Shown here: piece by piece, positions 21,701 to 35,069 of the stretch
How positions within the stretch are numbered: the first letter of the stretch is position 1
Layout: the number at the start of each line of letters is the position of its first letter
The notes under the pieces: generated by a model
What the model saw: only the letters and a program-made list of their open reading frames with translations
Database searches by the model: none
What the model was told of the DNA's origin: nothing
Made by a program: the position numbers and the translations under genes
Source of the DNA: Negaprion brevirostris
Taxonomy: Eukaryota
Reading direction: 5' to 3'
Assembly (NCBI GenBank): GCA_030324005.1
Contig: JARDVH010000097.1
Coordinates: 20,113,259-20,177,258, forward strand
Length of the DNA stretch: 64,000 nucleotides

Positions 21701-24029
21701 GTTCAATGACACTGGGAACAATTACATAGTCTGACCAAAGTGTTGAACGGACGATTATATTTCAGTGTGGAGAGCATATTCCATGGTATCAACTTGCTTT
21801 AAGAATTACCACACACTTTCTTTACAGATTGGTCGTGACCATAGGCTGTGAAATCAAGTGAGTGTGCAGATATTAATAAACATTTGCTTGCAGTTAATCT
21901 GATCCAAATGTTTTTCAGGTCCCTGTATTTTCCAAAGAGTATTTTCATATGGTAACAAAGAGAAATAGAGAGTAAATGTGTGGGACCGCTCCTTTTGAGA
22001 ATTGAGCATTGGAACTGCAAAATCAAAAGATGTTACGGATGGAATTTTGGGCTGTTGCACTTTCATGAGCCCAGGCACACACTCCAATCAGGACTCTGGT
22101 TTGAAATGCATGGAATGATCAGCTAAAATGATCTAGAGATTTATTTATCTTTCACATTTCTTTTTCACATTTATAGGAGAGAAGAGAAATGAGTGCTTGA
22201 GCCATTCAAACCGCCAAGATATAAGCACACAAACTTTTCTTTCTTTTATTATATAGTTTTATGATGGCAACTATTATCTTAGTGCAGCTTCCCGAAGGCA
22301 GCATGCACAGCAATAAGGAAATCTGGCAGGTGATAGGCACGTTTTATTAGGTTCATTTTTTTACTGATACAGCAGCATGCTTCAAGTGTTAGACGTTGAT
22401 CGTGCAAGTTCGAGCCATCAATCACACAGCCAATAAGTTACTTATGTGCTGCATGTTCACATAAAACGGCACGTAGATGAGGCACTTGGGAATAACTAAG
22501 GGTCATAGTCATATTGGACATCGCAGGAAAACTGATGTTCGCATATTGGATACCAGTGATCTCAATGGAAATGAAAATTGGGCTGTCAATTTCACACCAG
22601 CAACTTTCCATTAATGGACCTCTATATTTTTTCAGTTGTGTTTAGCTTGTTCANNNNNNNNNNNNNNNNNNNNNNNNNNNNNNNNNNNNNNNNNNNNNNN
22701 NNNNNNNNNNNNNNNNNNNNNNNNNNNNNNNNNNNNNNNNNNNNNNNNNNNNNNNNNNNNNNNNNNNNNNNNNNNNNNNNNNNNNNNNNNNNNNNNNNNN
22801 NNNNNNNNNNNNNNNNNNNNNNNNNNNNNNNNNNNNNNNNNNNNNNNNNNNNNNNNNNNNNNNNNNNNNNNNNNNNNNNNNNNNNNNNNNNNNNNNNNNN
22901 NNNNNNNNNNNNNNNNNNNNNNNNNNNNNNNNNNNNNNNNNNNNNNNNNNNNNNNNNNNNNNNNNNNNNNNNNNNNNNNNNNNNNNNNNNNNNNNNNNNN
23001 NNNNNNNNNNNNNNNNNNNNNNNNNNNNNNNNNNNNNNNNNNNNNNNNNNNNNNNNNNNNNNNNNNNNNNNNNNNNNNNNNNNNNNNNNNNNNNNNNNNN
23101 NNNNNNNNNNNNNNNNNNNNNNNNNNNNNNNNNNNNNNNNNNNNNNNNNNNNNNNNNNNNNNNNNNNNNNNNNNNNNNNNNNNNNNNNNNNNNNNNNNNN
23201 NNNNNNNNATTCAGCCACTTAAACAGATTTCAGAACATTGTGAAGAGTTGTCAATCCAATCACACATTGTGGTAAGGTCCCCACTGACAGAAGTTCCTAA
23301 ACTAAGGCACAGCTTCTGTAATGAGTGCTTTACGGTTGGAATGATAGACAACTTGTGCTGCATCATACTTTGTTGTGTCTTGTCTGATTTCAGAATGCTG
23401 GGGAATTGGGTAAAGACAGCCATTCATCCTCCTTGCTGCCTTCTCCAATCTCCCTACCCTCAAGCTTCTACTGCCTGTTGAGGAAACAAACTCCAGAGAC
23501 CCACTACTCTCAGGGAAAATCTTATTCCTCATCCTCGACTTATTTTTAAACAGTGACCCCCAGATCTAGATTCTTCAACAAGAGAAAGCATCCTCTCCTG
23601 TCTATACCCCTCAGGATCTTAAATAATTCAATGCCCCTTACTTTTTTAAACTATTTTACTCTGCTTTAATCAGCCTCTCCCCTCTGCCCCATGGATTTGA
23701 CTGACTGTCCACTAACGCTTCAATCTTCTCTCCCATCCTCCTTGCCACCCAGTAAATGTTGCTTTCTCAGTCTGCATCCTCCAGTTCTTAAGACTCTCAA
23801 TCTGTTTGGCTGCTGGGCAGGAAATAAACGTACAATGTTCACGAGTTTTTCCTGTTAAATTCTGCAGGTGCATCAATTTCCTGGGATTTTCAGTTTTATT
23901 AAGACACTAGATATGTGCCATTGTTCTCTCCCTGTCCCTGATCTAATATTGTGGTCAATGTTTCAGATCATGAACTGATACCGGGACTGGAAGGTGTGGA
24001 AGATGCATAGTTTCAATAAAAAAATACAT

Positions 24030-24210
24030 AGAGCAGAATTTTCCAGCCATTCCCACTGGTGAAATCTTCCAATGATGATCCCCATCCACGGGTTCCCTGA
24101 CGGCGGAAACCCGGTTGACAACAGTGGGGCCAGAAGACCCCACTACTGGCCAATGGCGGGCCACCTTCGCTGCCTCAAAGTACACTGCATGGGGGTTGGT
24201 GGGATATCCC
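24030..24210 (+). mobile_element. Short MITE, same family as 14895-15090
   Basis: Begins GAGCAGAATTTTCC and shares internal blocks with 14895-15090. Confidence 0.55.
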
Positions 24211-25097
24211 TCCGATAGATTAAAGCAGAGAAAAGAGGAAATAGGAATGGGGAGGGCTGCATTATAGCATATGCAGTGGTTAAAATGACAAAAGGGATGT
24301 TGGCGCAAGAGGAACTGAGGTGACAATGGGACCAAAAATGAAATCAAATGCAGGGGACGCGTCAATGGCTATTTAATATCCATGTGAAAATGGGAAAGGT
24401 GGTTAAAAAATTCATGATTTGTAGCATGTCTATTTTATCTGGAAACTTGAATGGAGCTAGTAGAGCTCATAAGGAGTAAGAATGAGAGTGGGTTTTAATT
24501 AGTAATGGGGCTGGGCCACAAAGGCAGTCTCCGGTGGTTGAACATTTTTCTCTGCCTCAAATTGCAATGTACCATCAGTCCGCACTTCAAATTGCTGATA
24601 CATGCGCACCAGCAGAGCCTTGCCAAGTTAAGATTACACTGCATCATGCTTTTAAAACACACCAGTGCCCTGTCTAACATTGAGCTCTTTATACAATGAT
24701 GTCCACGAAGCATTCTACATGATCGTCAACTGCACATGATGCAGCGCAGATAACATCAAGCAATTAGTGCTTATTTATTTTCTCATCTGCCCCTTCCTCT
24801 TTTGTGACTCTGAACGATAGCATTAATTATAAACACAGCACCTGTACAACCATAATCTGTAAGAATCACTTCCTCTGACCTTTCTTTTCTCCTTAGGAGC
24901 ATTTTGAGTTGTAAAGCCAAGGGCTTATATTCATCTCATATCAAGAGCTCATGCAAAATTTCCTCTCAATTTGCACTAAAAATGAACAAAATAGGCCAAT
25001 GGGTGAATTTAAGGAATTGTAACCTTCTGGAGAAAGAAGTAGATTGGACTGACTTTCAGTTTCAGTTAGTGCTTACCCTGACCTGAAACGTAAATAG

Positions 25098-25406
25098 CTT
25101 TAAAGTTTATTTATTAGCATCACAAGTAGGCATATATTAACACTACAGTGAAGTTACTGTGAAAATCGCTGGTCGCTACACTCCGGCGCCTGTTCAGTTA
25201 CACTGAGACAGAATTTAGCATGGTCAACGCACGTAACCAGCATGTCTTTCGGACTGTAGGAGGAAGCTGGAGCACCCGGAGGAAACCCACGCAGGCACAG
25301 GGAGAGTGTGCAGTCTCTGCATAGACAGTGACCCAAGCTGGGAATCAAACCTGGATCCCTAGTGATGTGAGTTAGCTGTGCTCACCATTGTGCCACTGTG
25401 CCACCC
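25098..25406 (-). mobile_element. V-SINE, tail type B, near full length
   Basis: TTTAAAGTTTATTTATTAG...CACAAGTAGG...AAGTTACTGTGAAAATC tail, V-domain and head. Confidence 0.88.
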
Positions 25407-25494
25407 GACTGTGGCAAGTACCTATGAGTCTGAGGGCACTACTGCTGGGAAAGCTTACAAAAGCAAACAAAATATTCATGAAAACATTGCATTT

Positions 25495-25760
25495 ATAGGA
25501 CAGAATTTTCTGCTTCCCCTCTCAGTGGGGTTGGGTGGGGGTTGAGGGGGGATGGTGCATGGATTTTGGAATTGCAGGGATAAGATTCTCTCTGGGTTCT
25601 GGCTTGCTCCAAACTCACAGCAATTCTGCGCTGGGATGGGCAATGCCTTTGATGAGAAACCAACCCTTGTCCCAATTGAGGCCCTTAAGTGGCTGTTTTG
25701 TTTCTGCCTAGTGGGATTTTAGCACCTTGGAGGAAATCCAAAAATAAAGTTAGATCTCAG
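25495..25760 (+). mobile_element. Probable non-autonomous DNA transposon fragment
   Basis: Starts GGACAGAATTTTC, like the other MITE termini in the window; contains CCAATTGAGGCCCTTAAGTGG. Confidence 0.35.
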
Positions 25761-28494
25761 ATGGGAAGTGGCGATGGTTGGAGTTGGGGAGGACATTAGA
25801 AGCCTACTTCAGACTGAATGTCATAGACCACACAGATGTTACCTGCGAGGATGCCCCAGCATGTAACACTGTTTCATGGTGGTGTAAAATTATTTTTGGA
25901 GTATTGCGAGGATTCACATAAGACCCCAGTGTGGAATCAGTCCAGTTGTTGTATCACAATTATTAAAACATATTTATTAACTTAAAAGAAAAGAATAATA
26001 TACAACAAAAACTACAATACCCTAAGATACTTAAGTACATGAAGAACAAAGCAAACACATAGTTTATGTAGAAATTACTTCTTGTTCCAAAATATATTTA
26101 TGATCCTGACTTCCCTTTTCCAAACAACACTTAAAATAGGTATAACTATCAGTCAAGGCTTGCTTATAGTTACCACGCAATACTAGGCTGATGTTCAAAT
26201 CTGGGATACATCTGTTCCTGATCCTGTGAACATATTTAAACAGCCTTTAAAAATTTTCCTGCAATGTCTTGGCTCTAGATGCAACATTATTGCAATTCTG
26301 AGAATTGAAAGCTAATTCAAGTAACCTGTGGTTGTGAAATGGCTCCTGGCCTCCTGGCTGAATGTTGTGGACTGGCGTCTAGTTGTGAGGTGTGAACTGA
26401 TCCTTCTGCTTCTTGGGGGATGGGGGGGTTGCAACAGTTATAATGTTTCCCCTTTTGTCATTTCAACTCAAGAGTCAGCTGCCCACATATCTCAAGTTCT
26501 TTCCTTCTATGGAGCTTAGTATTTTTATAGCCCTGAATCATTTATTTAAACTGTTCCCAACATCAGCGTGAGGAACTTAACGCTTCGATAGCAGTCATCT
26601 AAGTAGTCTGTTGCTACAGCACAAGTCACGCCTGGTCATTTTTCGATGCTCTTATGTCTTTGCAATCCCTGATCACATTTAGAGGATTGCTTGCCCTTGG
26701 AAATGCCAGCTGTTATTATTGCTAGACAGATTTCAATCTTTTAGGCCTTTTTAAAATTTTTTTACTGTTGCTAGGCAGATTCTTGACACTGCAGGTGACC
26801 TCCCTTCTGGTTGGGTTACCCGTTCAACCCATTCCCTGAGATCTCAGTCACACCTGCTTGTGAATGCCTAAGTCTTCCAAACTGTAATAACTCAGGAAGC
26901 CTGACTGGAAATGAGCATAGTTCATTGCAGAATGCAAAATAGAACTGCTACCGTGGTGTACAAACACTCTAGTCCCTGGCAATCTTTTTGGCAGCTCAAA
27001 TAAACAAAATCAAATCAACTGAGGGGCAAGATAAAAGGGAACAGCTCCTTAAGGGAGTGTGTGGGGGAGCAGGGGGAAGGGGTGGGAGGGGGAGCTGGGA
27101 GCCCCTGTAACAAAAATCAAAATGTAAAGGACACTTAAAAGAAATCAAACCAAAGTGTGATTAAAGGGGTCAAGAAGACATGACAGTCCCTGCAGGGTCC
27201 AATGGGTGTGGAAGGCCTTAATGGTGCCTGAGGAATCCATGTGCCCCTTCTCTAGGGACAAACGGCTGTGAATATAGCCGTGATAGATGGGCCGACAGTC
27301 AGGTCAGATGACCNNNNNNNNNNNNNNNNNNNNNNNNNNNNNNNNNNNNNNNNNNNNNNNNNNNNNNNNNNNNNNNNNNNNNNNNNNNNNNNNNNNNNNN
27401 NNNNNNNNNNNNNNNNNNNNNNNNNNNNNNNNNNNNNNNNNNNNNNNNNNNNNNNNNNNNNNNNNNNNNNNNNNNNNNNNNNNNNNNNNNNNNNNNNNNN
27501 NNNNNNNNNNNNNNNNNNNNNNNNNNNNNNNNNNNNNNNNNNNNNNNNNNNNNNNNNNNNNNNNNNNNNNNNNNNNNNNNNNNNNNNNNNNNNNNNNNNN
27601 NNNNNNNNNNNNNNNNNNNNNNNNNNNNNNNNNNNNNNNNNNNNNNNNNNNNNNNNNNNNNNNNNNNNNNNNNNNNNNNNNNNNNNNNNNNNNNNNNNNN
27701 NNNNNNNNNNNNNNNNNNNNNNNNNNNNNNNNNNNNNNNNNNNNNNNNNNNNNNNNNNNNNNNNNNNNNNNNNNNNNNNNNNNNNNNNNNNNNNNNNNNN
27801 NNNNNNNNNNNNNNNNNNNNNNNNNNNNNNNNNNNNNNNNNNNNNNNNNNNNNNNNNNNNNNNNNNNNNNNNNNNNNNNNNNNNNNNNNNNNNNNNNNNN
27901 NNNNNNCAACCAACCCTAACAGGAAGATCAATTTGTGATTTCCCATGGACATTGTGGGGGTGACCACACCTACCCTCCCCACCCTGTGTCCCCACCCTGT
28001 GTCCCCACCCTGTGTCCTTGGTTCCTGGGACTTAGTCTCTGACGGGTCCATGGAATTCCTCTTCCGCCACTGCAATGCTGTTTCTCCAAGTCAGGGACAC
28101 AAGTCCACCACGAGCCATACTGCCAATCAACACTCAATTGAGCATAAATTGGCTGAGAGGCAGCCAGAGTCAGCAGGGATGAGCTCCCTGCTGACTTTTC
28201 ATTTAGTGGGGGGGCTGAGCCACTGCATCCACAAAATTCAGGCCATAACATTGTAGAAGGTTTGACTTCAACCAGTTTAGCCATTACGATGTTGCACAAT
28301 GAAGAAGACCTCACTGACAACCCATATAATGTGTTTTACATAAGTTTAATTTGCATGAATATTTCGAACAATAAACCGGGTTACAGCCTAATACTTAGCT
28401 CACAAAGAGTTCTATTTTACATATATAAAATAGTAGCAGTTCTTTCTGAGAAGCTGCATATCTTTTACTGGCTGTAATAAAAATTGCAATGCTC

Positions 28495-28580
28495 GTGATT
28501 CATACGCGTATTGTAGGCATCACTGGCAAGGCTGGCATTTACTGCCCCATCTCTAATTGCCCACGAGACAGTAGAACTGA
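28495..28580 (-). mobile_element. CR1-type 3' tail (second CR1 family)
   Basis: GGCATCACTGGCAAGGCTGGCATTTACTGCCCCATCTCTAATTGCCC is the reverse complement of the tail at 59.5 kb. Confidence 0.6.
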
Positions 28581-28656
28581 TACTGGGACTGGAAGGTATT
28601 GGGAACATATGAGACCAACACCAACGAGGACATAAGGAATCTGAAGAAGAAACGTA

Positions 28657-28780
28657 GGCTGGCATTTTATGATCTCGCTTGGTCGAGGCTCGTAAAATCT
28701 CGCCAGAAGACAATGGAGAGTTCCGTTCTGCGAGCCACGCCCGCCCCAATTCCATGGTGGACTTGGTGGTAAAACTCCAA
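28657..28780. mobile_element. ~120-bp MITE
   Basis: Imperfect TIRs GGCTGGCATTTTA...GTAAAACTCCAAC around a CpG-rich core. Confidence 0.45.
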
Positions 28781-28781
28781 C

Positions 28782-29080
28782 AATAGGTTAAATGAATGGG
28801 CAAAAATCTGACAGATGGAGTATAATATGAGAAAATGTGACTAGGAGGACAGAGGGATTTGAGTGTTCTGTACAGGTATCACAAAATGTTTAATGCAGGC
28901 ACAGCAAATTAAAAAGGCAGATGAAACGTTGTTTACTATAAGGTGATTGGAATATAAAAATGAGGATGTTCTGCAACTGTTATGCAGTGTGTTGGCGAGA
29001 ACACATCTGGACTACTGTGTACAGTTCTTTCTTCTTGCTTAAGAAAGGATATACTTGCATTAGAAGCAGCAGAGGAGGTC
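28782..29080 (+). mobile_element. Internally deleted CR1 ORF2 fragment
   Basis: GAATGGGCAAAAATCTGACAGATGGAGTATAAT...CACATCTGGACTACTGTGTACAGTT...AGAAAGGATATACTTGCATTAGA. Confidence 0.75.
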
Positions 29081-29379
29081 TGCCATGATTTGGATTTGGC
29101 ATTTAGCAAAGATGAATCTTAAGCTTGTTTAAAATGTACTTGCATTTAGGTTTGTGTTTCTTTTTGTTGAATTTGTGTAGCTCCGTAAAGGAAGTGTGGA
29201 AGTCCCTTCAACTCGGAGTAGCTGTTCAAAGATAATGATAATATAGTCGCAACAGCAGACACAATAGATGTCCTTCAAAGAAATTGTTGCAAGAATGTTT
29301 TGTTGAGAGTGTTCAATGCTAAAAATTCTGAAAAAAACTGAAGATGTAGCCTCCATCTTTCAACAAGAAAACTAAATTT

Positions 29380-29615
29380 CATAGTAAAATACATAAGAAA
29401 TATAAGAAACATAAGAAATAGGAGCAGGAGTAGGCCATCCAGCCCTTCGAGCCTGCCCCGCCATTCAATAAGATCATGNNNNNNNNNNNNNNNNNNNNNN
29501 NNNNNNNNNNNNNNNNNNNNNNNNNNNNNNNNNNNNNNNNNNNNNNNNNNNNNNNNNNNNNNNNNNNNNNNNNNNNNNCTGTTCCACCAATCTTGGTGTC
29601 ATCAGCAAATTTCGA
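29380..29615 (-). mobile_element. Young CR1/HER1 LINE spanning a gap
   Basis: (CATAAGAA)n tail with ATAGGAGCAGGAGTAGGCC; peptide VSKFADDTKIGG beyond the gap. Confidence 0.9.
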
Positions 29616-30859
29616 CACCATACACTCGGTTCCAATACATCATCATAAAATGGATTGTCATCATGTAACTGGATAAACACCAGAGACAAAGCTTTCATGG
29701 GGATCCTTGACACTTTATTTGCAGTACTTCCAGATCAATTATGTTTATACTGAGCACCAAACTGCAAAATTGAAATTGATCTCAAAATCCTAATTCACAA
29801 ATGTATTATTCATTTCTTCATAGACAACTTTCTTGCACGGGTATTAATTTCATTTTTCACTAATGCTTTCATCTTTATATTTCAGTATAACTTAGCAATC
29901 TATCTTTAATTTAGTTTTAGATTTTGTGAAATTTTATATTCACATTTCATTGGTGCAAATAGTGACTTCTTTTTCTCATAGCTGTTATCACTACCATAAA
30001 CTGTATTACCAGTTAGTTCTTGAACATTCATTTCAATCTACCTCAGAGCAGAATTCCTTCTTGTTGCAGCATTGCGAATCATTCTTTTCCTCCGTATCTG
30101 TTGTACCGTTCTTTATCAATACCCGCTGTAATCCATCCTCACTTTCCTTTTGAACAGACAGATATATCTTCTCCTCATTCCACCTCTTCAACTTATTCCA
30201 AAGACTTAGCTCACTTTCTTCATTCATGTTGTCCCACATCTTGCTCGTGTTCACAAACAACTAATTTTAAGATGTCCCAGGTGTCTTATTCGGTAGGAAT
30301 AAGTGACAAAGTAGATGTTTTCATTGAAATAGAATAATTGTGTTGATAGAATTGGATAAGAAGGTCATTACTTGCTTTAACAAATCTATGGCAACCAATT
30401 TTTGTCTTCTGTCCTTCCATTAAAATAAAACTGCAAACAGAAATATGATAGGAAGAAACAATTTTTGCCACGCCTGTCTGTTTATGCTAGAAACTGATGC
30501 ATTGGACAAACAATTTTATTTTATTAAGTTCTGTTCAGTGACTGCTCAAGTTCACACCTCATACCCCACACCCAACACAATCCAACTAAATTTTTGAAGA
30601 TGTTTTGTAATTTGTTGCTAATTCTATAACCAAAACAAGGGTCTCATTTCAATATTTAATAATCATTCTACTCCCATTGTAGGATTCTAGCATGTGTTCC
30701 AGCGTACCGATGAGTAGGTCATGCATGTACCCATCCCATCCATTGGCCCTCATCGAATGGCCCTTTACACAAGTTATAAATTGCAGGCTTAAACTAAAAA
30801 AAGAAGATTTTTCCTCAAATTTGCTGCTGGATTGAAGTCTCCCCTTCACCCATACAATG

Positions 30860-33850
30860 GGAACCACTCATCACAAGCAATGTGTTACCACTTATCATGT
30901 ATTTAATAAATAATTTTGAAAAGGTGCAGAAGGAGTGGCATGTTTACTGAGTGCTGCACTCTCTGACAAACCAAAGGCTTTCACCCTATTAAACCTTAGA
31001 CCCCAAAGCCATTGAAAAATTTGGGCCCTTTAGCTTCCAGACAGAGGAGAAAAACAAAGATCCTGAAATAATCCTGAAACAATTCGAGAACATTTGTTTA
31101 CCAGTAAAAAAAAACATGTGTTTAATACCATGGACCAGGAAACAGATGAGTCAATACAATCCTACACGACCACTCTAAAATATTGGCAAAGAAATATCCA
31201 TTCAGAATTCTCACTGAAGATTTCATCAGTGATTGAGTAGTGTCTAAAATATGCAAAGTCTTACAGCATGGAAATAGGCCCAACTTGTCTGTGCTGACAA
31301 TATGGTGATTCAGTCGGTAAGCGGCTGCTGCAAGATAAAGATTTAACATTACAAACAGCCATCAATATCTGTATGTTAAAGGAACAAGTTGTGAAATAAA
31401 GCAGTGATTTTTAGCAGGAATCTGAGGCACTTGCAGTACAGGGGGTGCCCTGTTCGCTGTGCACCAGTTAGCACACATCAAACAGGATAATTTTTTTTTG
31501 CATATGATAAAAGATGCAACACATGCAGGAAATAGAATAATATTAGTAAAAGCAAAGATTTTGCTTTGATTTATTATTGCCACGTGTATTAGTATACAGT
31601 GAAAAGTATTGTTTCTTGCATGCGATACCAACAAGCATACTATTCATAGGGAAAGAAAGGAGAGAGGACAGAATGTATTGTTACAGAGATAACTAGGGTG
31701 TAGAGAAAGATCAACTTAGTGTGAGGTAGGTCCATTCAAAAGCCTAACAGCAGCAGGTAAGAAGCTGTTCTCGAGCCGGTTGGTACATGGCTTCAGACAT
31801 TTGTATCTTTTTCCCGACAGAAGAAGGTAGAAGAGAAAATGCCCGAGGTGTATGGGGTCCTTAATTATGCTGGCTGCAGCCTTCCTCTGCTTTAAGCAAC
31901 AGAGCAATAGCTGACACTTCAGGAGTAGGACCCAGAAGGAAAAAGCAGTAAAACAGGAAAATATAAGTACTGGTCTGAACAGGCTTTGTCTATTTTAAAA
32001 TGGAAAACCAGTGAAATGAGGAAATAAGAATACTGACCTGAACAGTTTCTTCTTCCTGGGGAGAGTCAATATGGTGAATTAAGTGGAGTTCAACCAAAGC
32101 AGTGAAGTTACAGAGCTCCAGCAACACTCTACTGCAACAGTGTTGACAATGTCACAGAAAAGGGAAATTTTATCCTCTCTTAACATAATTGGCAGTAACA
32201 CTAGGCTTAAAGTCAAGATTCATACTGGAGCAAAAGACAATCTACAACACAGCCAAAAGTTATGGGAAGTAGGTCCATATGCAGCACCAGATTCCAGCAC
32301 CCAGATGCACATTGTGGCTCATGTAGATAGTCTATGTATGTCCTGAAGGTGTAGCAATGTTCCACTGCACACAGGGATATCTCCAGTTCCACACAGTTAA
32401 CCAGAATATAAAGTCTTTATTAAGGCTTTATATTCTAGTTAAGGACAGCATTGCATTGGGATTCATTCATCTTGGTCCAAAAGTATTTGTTCTACTTCTT
32501 CAAGACCCAGAGATGACAGCATGACCCAGATCGAAAGGGAACTTCTTGTTTTCGTCTTCGTCTGTCAGACATCTTATAATTTCATATATGGTCATTCTGC
32601 AACAGTTGAAACTGGTCACCAGCCACTCATACCTACCCTATATAGGTCTCTTCACACTGTGTCTACATGGCTGCAATGCATGGTGCTAAAGTTGTAACCT
32701 CATCTCAGAGTTGTCTACACATGTGGTAGGAGATCTTCTTGGCTGATGCCCTCATCAGAGCCTCCCTACTCAGTATAGACTAAGCAGATCATGAGCAAGA
32801 CAAAATCATCAGGATAATAGAGGTGTTCTCTTGTCATCAAACCGAAGAACTCAGACATGCATTGCAGGCGGACATCATGTGCAGGCAACTGCACAACCTC
32901 ATCATGAGGGGCTGATAGGAATTCTTTAGGGAACTTCCCCTGAAGCTCTGCACATTCTTCATCATTCAAGATGGATTAATACTGCATGGCTAGCAATTTG
33001 TCATCCCTACTGCTCTTCAGATGTACGACACACAACTGAACAAAGGACACCTGGTTTGGGAGCAACCAGACACAGGGCCAACAAATCACTGTATGGCCAT
33101 CCAACGTTTGCAGACATTGAAAGAGAAGGCTTCAGATATGCACTGTGAAATGTACTTAAAATGAATCAAACTAAGGAACCGTGATATTTACATGAGGTCC
33201 AGGACCTCTGATGGGCAGTCACGGCAACTGATGTTTTCAAATGGAATGGTAAACAATTTCCAGGTGGTTTGAACTTGACTTTCTGCCAAACATGAAAGGT
33301 AAAACACTCAACACCAAGTTTAAGAGGCACTTTGCCACATCTGACATCCCTCAGCGACTCATGACAGTCAACGTTCAGCAATTCATCTTTGCAGGATTTC
33401 ATAACTTTGCATGCACACAGTGCTTTGAGCATGTCATGAGCAGCCCCCATATATCCACAATCAAAGAGGTATGCAAAATGGATGATTCGCTCAGCCACGC
33501 GTCTTCTTGAGAAATGTGCATTGGATCGCACAGACCACTGTACAGCACTCCTCAGCATGTGAAATTCACCACAATAGGGTCCGCTCTCATCAGCATACTG
33601 ATTTTCTTCCAGGCACACCAGGACCGTGATTCCGACTGTTCAGGCTCTGCTGCAACCTAAACAAGAAACTAATGTGCATGAAACTCTCCTACAATGCCGG
33701 TTGTGCAACAAAAAGCACTATAATCAATGCCCGCAGACTTGGCCGTCTAACATCAAGTCAAACAGTCAGAATTCAGACTGCAAGTGACCATCACAAGTTA
33801 GCGGTGGGTACACCCAAACAAACAGCTAGGTGGTAGCCTCAGACAGCATT
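30860..33850 (+). mobile_element. Decayed Ty3/Gypsy internal region (gag, protease, RNase H, integrase; RT not seen)
   Basis: gag-like ILKQFENICLPVK; protease KVKIHTGAKDN; RNase H QIERELLVFVFVCQTSYNFIYGHSATVETGHQPLI; integrase WAVTATDVFKWNGKQF and FEHVMSSPH. Confidence 0.8.
31560..31885 (-). mobile_element. Rex1/Babar LINE 3' end nested in the Gypsy remnant
   Basis: CTNRLENSFLPAAVRLLNG and the same 3' UTR as 10495. Confidence 0.8.
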
Positions 33851-34807
33851 TCCTTTCACCTTCCTCAAGGAAGGTTAAAGGTTAAATGTTAAAGCTTGAG
33901 ATAATAAATGCAAAATGTCTCTTTTGAAATGAAATGTACATGTATATATTTTGTACAGCTCCACAGAATATTAACTCAGCCTAAGATGCAAGTCATATGA
34001 AAAGTCTGGCGGATTTTTAAGTCTATTACAGAAAACAAAGGAGGAGTCCACAAAACTTAGTGAGAAAAATTTGTGGGCAAAATGCAAGCAATACAAGTAC
34101 TGACACCCGCAATCAGTTTCTTCTCTTCTATTGATAATCTGTCTATATCATTTTAACAGCTTCTAAATGTGCCTCTGTTTTACTTGCTATAGCAATACTA
34201 TGAAACGCTGCAGTGGGGACATTTACTGCATTTCTGCAAAATTCAGTTGTCTGCAGTTTTAAATGGAAAGGATTAATGACTTTGCTAAAATGGGGCAAGA
34301 AGACTTCAAGATGAATGTGTTAAATGTTTACGTGTTAATATCCTATTGTGTAATTTCAGGGACACTGTTTGAAGTAAGGTGATCTCATGTTCAGGCTTAT
34401 TTTTAACGCAGTCCATGTGTGAGATAGTTATATTTATGCAAAAGTTTAATCTTGAATGAGTTGTCTTTGCATACATATCATCACTGAAAACTGGTTAAAA
34501 GAAGAAGCAGTACAACACTGCCTTACATATAAGTATTAATGATGATAATGTAAAATGTTTACTTGTAATCCAGAGTAAAATATGTTAAGTGATAAGAAAC
34601 TTGCTTTACACTCAGTTTAATGAATAATGAAAACATATTATACTACTGCTGAGATAGCAGTTTAATTTTTATTTCTATCTATTCAACTGCAATAATGACA
34701 AATTGCTATGTCAGTAAAGTGCAATCTAAAAAACATCATTTTAATATGCAAAAATGTTGATACACTGTAGAAAATGCACACAGAAAAATGCTGATTAAGT
34801 GGACATA

Positions 34808-35050
34808 GATAGGTGGTCTTGTGTACAGTGGGTAACATCACTGTCTCTGAGCCAGAGGCTCCTGGTTCAAGTCCCACCCTTGATGGCCAAGGAAGCTGTG
34901 TTCATGACACAGTCAAACAGGTTGAAAGTGTCAACCTCAAACCCTTCCAAAGCTGCCAATGTCTGTAAGAGTGAGAGAGACTCCTGGTCACCTATGTCTG
35001 GCGAGGAGTGGCATTCCTCAAGCTATAAGCTTCTGCTGACAGACTAGCTC
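34808..35050 (+). mobile_element. tRNA-derived SINE without a V-domain
   Basis: Head GGTGGTCTTGTGTACAGTGGGTAAC...GGTTCAAGTCCCAC with A- and B-box-like motifs. Confidence 0.5.
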
Positions 35051-35069
35051 TAGCAATGCAATGGGCCAG

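Noticed and set aside
27978-28016. 13-bp tandem repeat CCCCACCCTGTGT x3 (and the 15-bp GGGGCAGGGCCTGAT repeat at ~45317)
   Set aside because: Ordinary slippage repeats inside GC-rich sequence, with no evidence of function.
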